Of a stretch of DNA of 64,000 nucleotides, positions 60,968-64,000 are shown one piece after another. Source of the stretch: a virus. Below the pieces are notes generated by a model. That model was not told the DNA's origin. It saw only the letters and a list, made by a program, of their open reading frames with translations, and did not search any database. Position 1 is the first letter of the stretch. Every line of letters starts with the position of its first letter. Where the stretch lies: the IMG/VR virus record IMGVR_UViG_3300032242_001941, positions 32,001 to 96,000 of that record, one strand, 5' to 3'. The translations under genes were made by a program, and so were the position numbers.

Positions 60968-61956
60968 TAGTTACCGATAATGTTGCCGATCAAGTCAACG
61001 GAGTGGTCACAACTTTCAAAAACTTGGAAGATCAGGCTAGCCTGGCTGGCGATCGTATTGTTTATATTGATCCCGGGCAGTTCCCTCATTTTGATTGCCC
61101 TGGTTATCCTGAAGTTAAAATCTGCTGGCCACACGGCATTAGCAAGAAGATTAAGGCGCTACAGCCGGATTATATTCACATCGCCACAGAAGGCCCTGTA
61201 GGTCTATTTGCCCGGTGGTGGTGTGAGCGTAATGGGATTCCTTACAACACTAGCTACCACACTGATTTTGCCAAGTTCTTAAAGAAAATGTATCACATAC
61301 CCGAGTCCGTGACTTGGTGGTATCTACGTTGGTTCCATAAGAACAGTCATCGTGTGCTAGTTACTACAGAAAGCATACGGCAAGACTTAGTGTCACGTGG
61401 ATTTGCTAATCTGCGTGTATGGACTCGCGGTGTAGATAGGACTATTTTTAACGGCACACATCGTGGAGAAACTGTAGCTGGTCGTCCTATGCTATTGAGT
61501 GTAGGTCGTGTTAGTGTTGAAAAAGGCCTAGATGATTTTTGTCAATTAGATATTCCGGGTGCTACCAAAATTGTAGTTGGAGATGGTCCATATCGACGAG
61601 ACTTAGAACGCAGGTACCCAGACATACATTTTGTAGGAGCCAAAAAAGGAACGCAATTAGCTCGTTACTATGCTCAGGCCGATGTGTTTGTTTTTCCTAG
61701 TCGGGCCGACACCTTTGGAGTGGTCAATATTGAATCACTGGCTTGTGGAACTCCGGTAGCGGCCTACCCTGTGCCCGGACCTATAGATATTGTTGAACCC
61801 GGACTAACTGGATTCCTTAACAACAATTTACGATTGGCAGTAGAGCAGTGTTTGACCTTAGACCGCGGCGCGGTAGAAGATGCCAGTTTGAAGTGGACTT
61901 GGGCAGAGTGTTGGCGTATATTTGAAGAAAACTTGATAGACTGTTCTGTAGCATAA
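60949..61956 (+). CDS. GT4 glycosyltransferase (Agt-like glycolipid synthase)
   Basis: QVNGVVTT, HIATEGPVG, TSYHT, VGRVS.EK, DTFG.V..E.LACGTPV. Confidence 0.9.
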   Translation: MSKTILVVTDNVADQVNGVVTTFKNLEDQASLAGDRIVYIDPGQFPHFDCPGYPEVKICWPHGISKKIKALQPDYIHIATEGPVGLFARWWCERNGIPYNTSYHTDFAKFLKKMYHIPESVTWWYLRWFHKNSHRVLVTTESIRQDLVSRGFANLRVWTRGVDRTIFNGTHRGETVAGRPMLLSVGRVSVEKGLDDFCQLDIPGATKIVVGDGPYRRDLERRYPDIHFVGAKKGTQLARYYAQADVFVFPSRADTFGVVNIESLACGTPVAAYPVPGPIDIVEPGLTGFLNNNLRLAVEQCLTLDRGAVEDASLKWTWAECWRIFEENLIDCSVA

Positions 61957-62070
61957 AAACAACACATTTAAAGCCCCGTAAAAGGGGCTTTTTTGTGGGT
62001 TTACCAAAAGGTTGACCAAAAATGCCCAATTTGTTATACTATTATTATAGTGAACATAAAGGAGCAGACA
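61947..62070 (+). repeat. About 120-bp regulatory repeat, copy 2
   Basis: Matches 40957-41079; AAAGCCCC-GTAAAA-GGGGCTTT stem; TTGACC(62012)-17bp-TATACT. Confidence 0.88.
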
Positions 62071-62602
62071 ATGTCAAAACTTACAGCATACACAGTAGAA
62101 ATTTATAAAGCTGATCGCCGTGTTAAAGAAGGCCAGCGGCTGGTTGAAAAGCGTGACTTTGATCCAGTGACTCGTGACTACATTGACACAGTGGTTGAAC
62201 GACTTTCGGGCAAAGGCATCACCATCAAGTTACACGAAACCTTTGTAACTAAAAAGAACCTAATAGGCGGTAAAGAGTTCACCGAGCGTTATGATACTCC
62301 ATACTTTTGCTCGCCTGCATCTGAATCTTACTGGAGCATGTAATATGTTAAAAGAATTCAACGAAATCCAAAAGACCGAACAGGCTATTCGTGGCCCGCA
62401 ATTTGACCGCAAGCTTCACGGTGGTCTGTTCGACCGTGGCAGTGCCGACAGTTATTATAGTCGTCCGCAGGACCCGCACTGGTATCCAGACGGTAGCTAC
62501 AACGGAACTCGTATTGATCAGCTGAACCAGTATGAAATCGCCGAATACATGGCTGGCTACGAGCATAACGAGCAGTTTGGCCACAAAAAAAGCTACGATT
62601 AA
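62071..62602 (+). CDS. Two early hypothetical ORFs (62071-62343, 62345-62602)
   Basis: RBSs; N...G..F.E...TP..CSP.SE.YWS and HGG.FDRG.ADSYY motifs typical of phage early proteins. Confidence 0.7.
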
Positions 62603-62605
62603 AAC

Positions 62606-62665
62606 GGTTGACCAGAAATTACCGAAATGCTATAATAGTTGTATAGTTAATAACAAGGAGTTGAA
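62606..62665 (+). promoter_or_regulatory. Conserved early promoter cassette
   Basis: TTGACC(62608)-17bp-TATAAT-AGTTGTATAG...AAGGAG. Confidence 0.88.
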
Positions 62666-63334
62666 ATGACAAGAAAACATTTTATTGCAATGGCACAAGA
62701 AATTGCCCAAATGACAGACCGTAAATCGGCTCGTATTGCAGCCGAGGCGTTTGCCCAGGTAGCTCGTTCGGTGAATTCAAGATTTGATACCACCCGTTTC
62801 TTAACCGCTTGTGGAGTTTAATATGACCTCTGTTAATAATATCATTCAAGTTAATACCATCGTCAACGAAGCTAAACAGGCCGCTAGAGAAGCCGCTGAA
62901 AAGTTCTTCCAAGAGAAGTTGGGTGGCCAAGACAAATACTCCTGCGGATTTGCGTGGGTTGAAATTTACGGTGTCAAGGGCAACACTCGCCTTGGTAAAG
63001 CATTTAAGGCCGCAGGCATCAACAAAAATTATACTGGCGCTCACTCAATTTGGAATCCAGCAGGTCTTGGTGTGCAAAACATTGACACCCTTGAAGCTGG
63101 TGCAGAAGCGGCCGCGAAAGTGTTTGAGAATTATGGTTTCCGTGCTTATGCTTGTTCGAGGTTAGATTAATGAACATAGATCAAGCTCTAGCAGAAATTA
63201 TTGCTTACAGTGTAGCCCATGGTGTAGATAGCCTGGGCGGCATTGAGTCGATGGTCCGGAATTACAAGTCATTACCGGTTGAGCAACGACTAGCAGTCGA
63301 CGTGTTTATGTCCGAAACAAAGGAGGCAGTATAA
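62666..63334 (+). CDS. Three early hypothetical ORFs (62666-62821 MTRKHF..., 62823-63170 with CGFAWV motif, 63170-63334)
   Basis: RBSs, coupling, and N.RFD..RF..ACG and CGFAWV motifs. Confidence 0.68.
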
Positions 63335-63677
63335 TGGCAACTTTTATGGTAGAGTATATTGTATATGAAAAGAACAATAGTTTTGTTCTTGCTGAAGGTA
63401 CTATGCCGGTTAACTGTAGCATGAGTAACCAGGCAGAAAATGTAGTTCGCAGTATGTTTCCAAACGGCGATGTTCTTATTCGCCAAGTTCGACAGTCTTA
63501 ATAGGAGTTAAAATTATGAAAGGTTTTATCGTAGGTACAGTGTTTGGTATTTTGATTTGCACCGTTGGCATTTCTGGAATTGCAAGGATTCTGGATAATG
63601 GTGTAACCAAAGTGCAAGAAGTAACCAAAGAAGCTGCCAAATAAGGCAGTTTTGGTAAACCAAAATAGTTATTATGG

Positions 63678-63706
63678 TTGACATTTTTATCGATATCAAG
63701 TATAAT
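63678..63706 (+). promoter_or_regulatory. sigma70 promoter
   Basis: TTGACA-17bp-TATAAT. Confidence 0.8.
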
Positions 63707-63766
63707 GGTTATTGTAGTGGGTAGTACTTTAAATCAACTTAATAGGCAACTTAGAAAGGCAACATC

Positions 63767-64000
63767 ATGTCACAAGAAAAATTATTTACAGTAGCAGGAA
63801 CAGCAACAAATCCTAATGGCACTACTAAAGCTCGTTTTGCAAACGACTTGGTAGCTCGTATTAAGATTTTGAACAAGGCAGGTTGTACTGCAATCAACTT
63901 AATTGAGCTCTCAAAGCCAATGACCAAGTTAGAAGCTCTACAATATTTGCACAGTGTTGGTATCACTGAAGGTGATGCTGGTTACGCAGTAGCCAACAAA
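63767..64000 (+). CDS. Hypothetical protein, 3' truncated
   Basis: MSQEKLFTVAGTATNPNGTTKARFAND..., open to the window end. Confidence 0.7.
   Translation, partial: MSQEKLFTVAGTATNPNGTTKARFANDLVARIKILNKAGCTAINLIELSKPMTKLEALQYLHSVGITEGDAGYAVANK

Overview
This is a 64-kb segment of a large (probably jumbo) T4-like/myovirus-type dsDNA phage genome; the host is probably a Gram-negative proteobacterium, and the GroEL looks betaproteobacterial. It is gene-dense and mostly + strand. Core functions: class Ia ribonucleotide reductase (nrdA, nrdB, glutaredoxin), PAAR and virion proteins, ATP-dependent DNA ligase, UvsE and a minus-strand tail-fibre operon. It carries an unusually complete host-like proteostasis set (clpX, ribosomal protein bS21, groES, groEL, hsp20, clpS, clpP). 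Clusters of small early genes are driven by a conserved, repeated sigma70-type promoter cassette, while TAAATA marks putative late promoters. The most notable accessory modules are: (1) a csgF-csgG-curlin-like-FecR-CHASE2 adenylate cyclase locus, flanked by a free-standing copy of the cyclase C-terminal domain, two paralogous membrane proteins and a phosphoesterase, which may be a phage trans-envelope cAMP signalling system; (2) a PlcP-like phosphoesterase plus GT4 glycosyltransferase pair behind a Pho-box-like repeat, suggesting phosphate-scavenging lipid remodelling; (3) two copies of a ROSE-like RNA leader, one of them in front of only an 8-codon stub; (4) a phasin/desaturase module; and (5) several candidate structured RNAs. 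No tRNA, rRNA or CRISPR array was seen. All calls come from motif recognition by eye, with no database searches.
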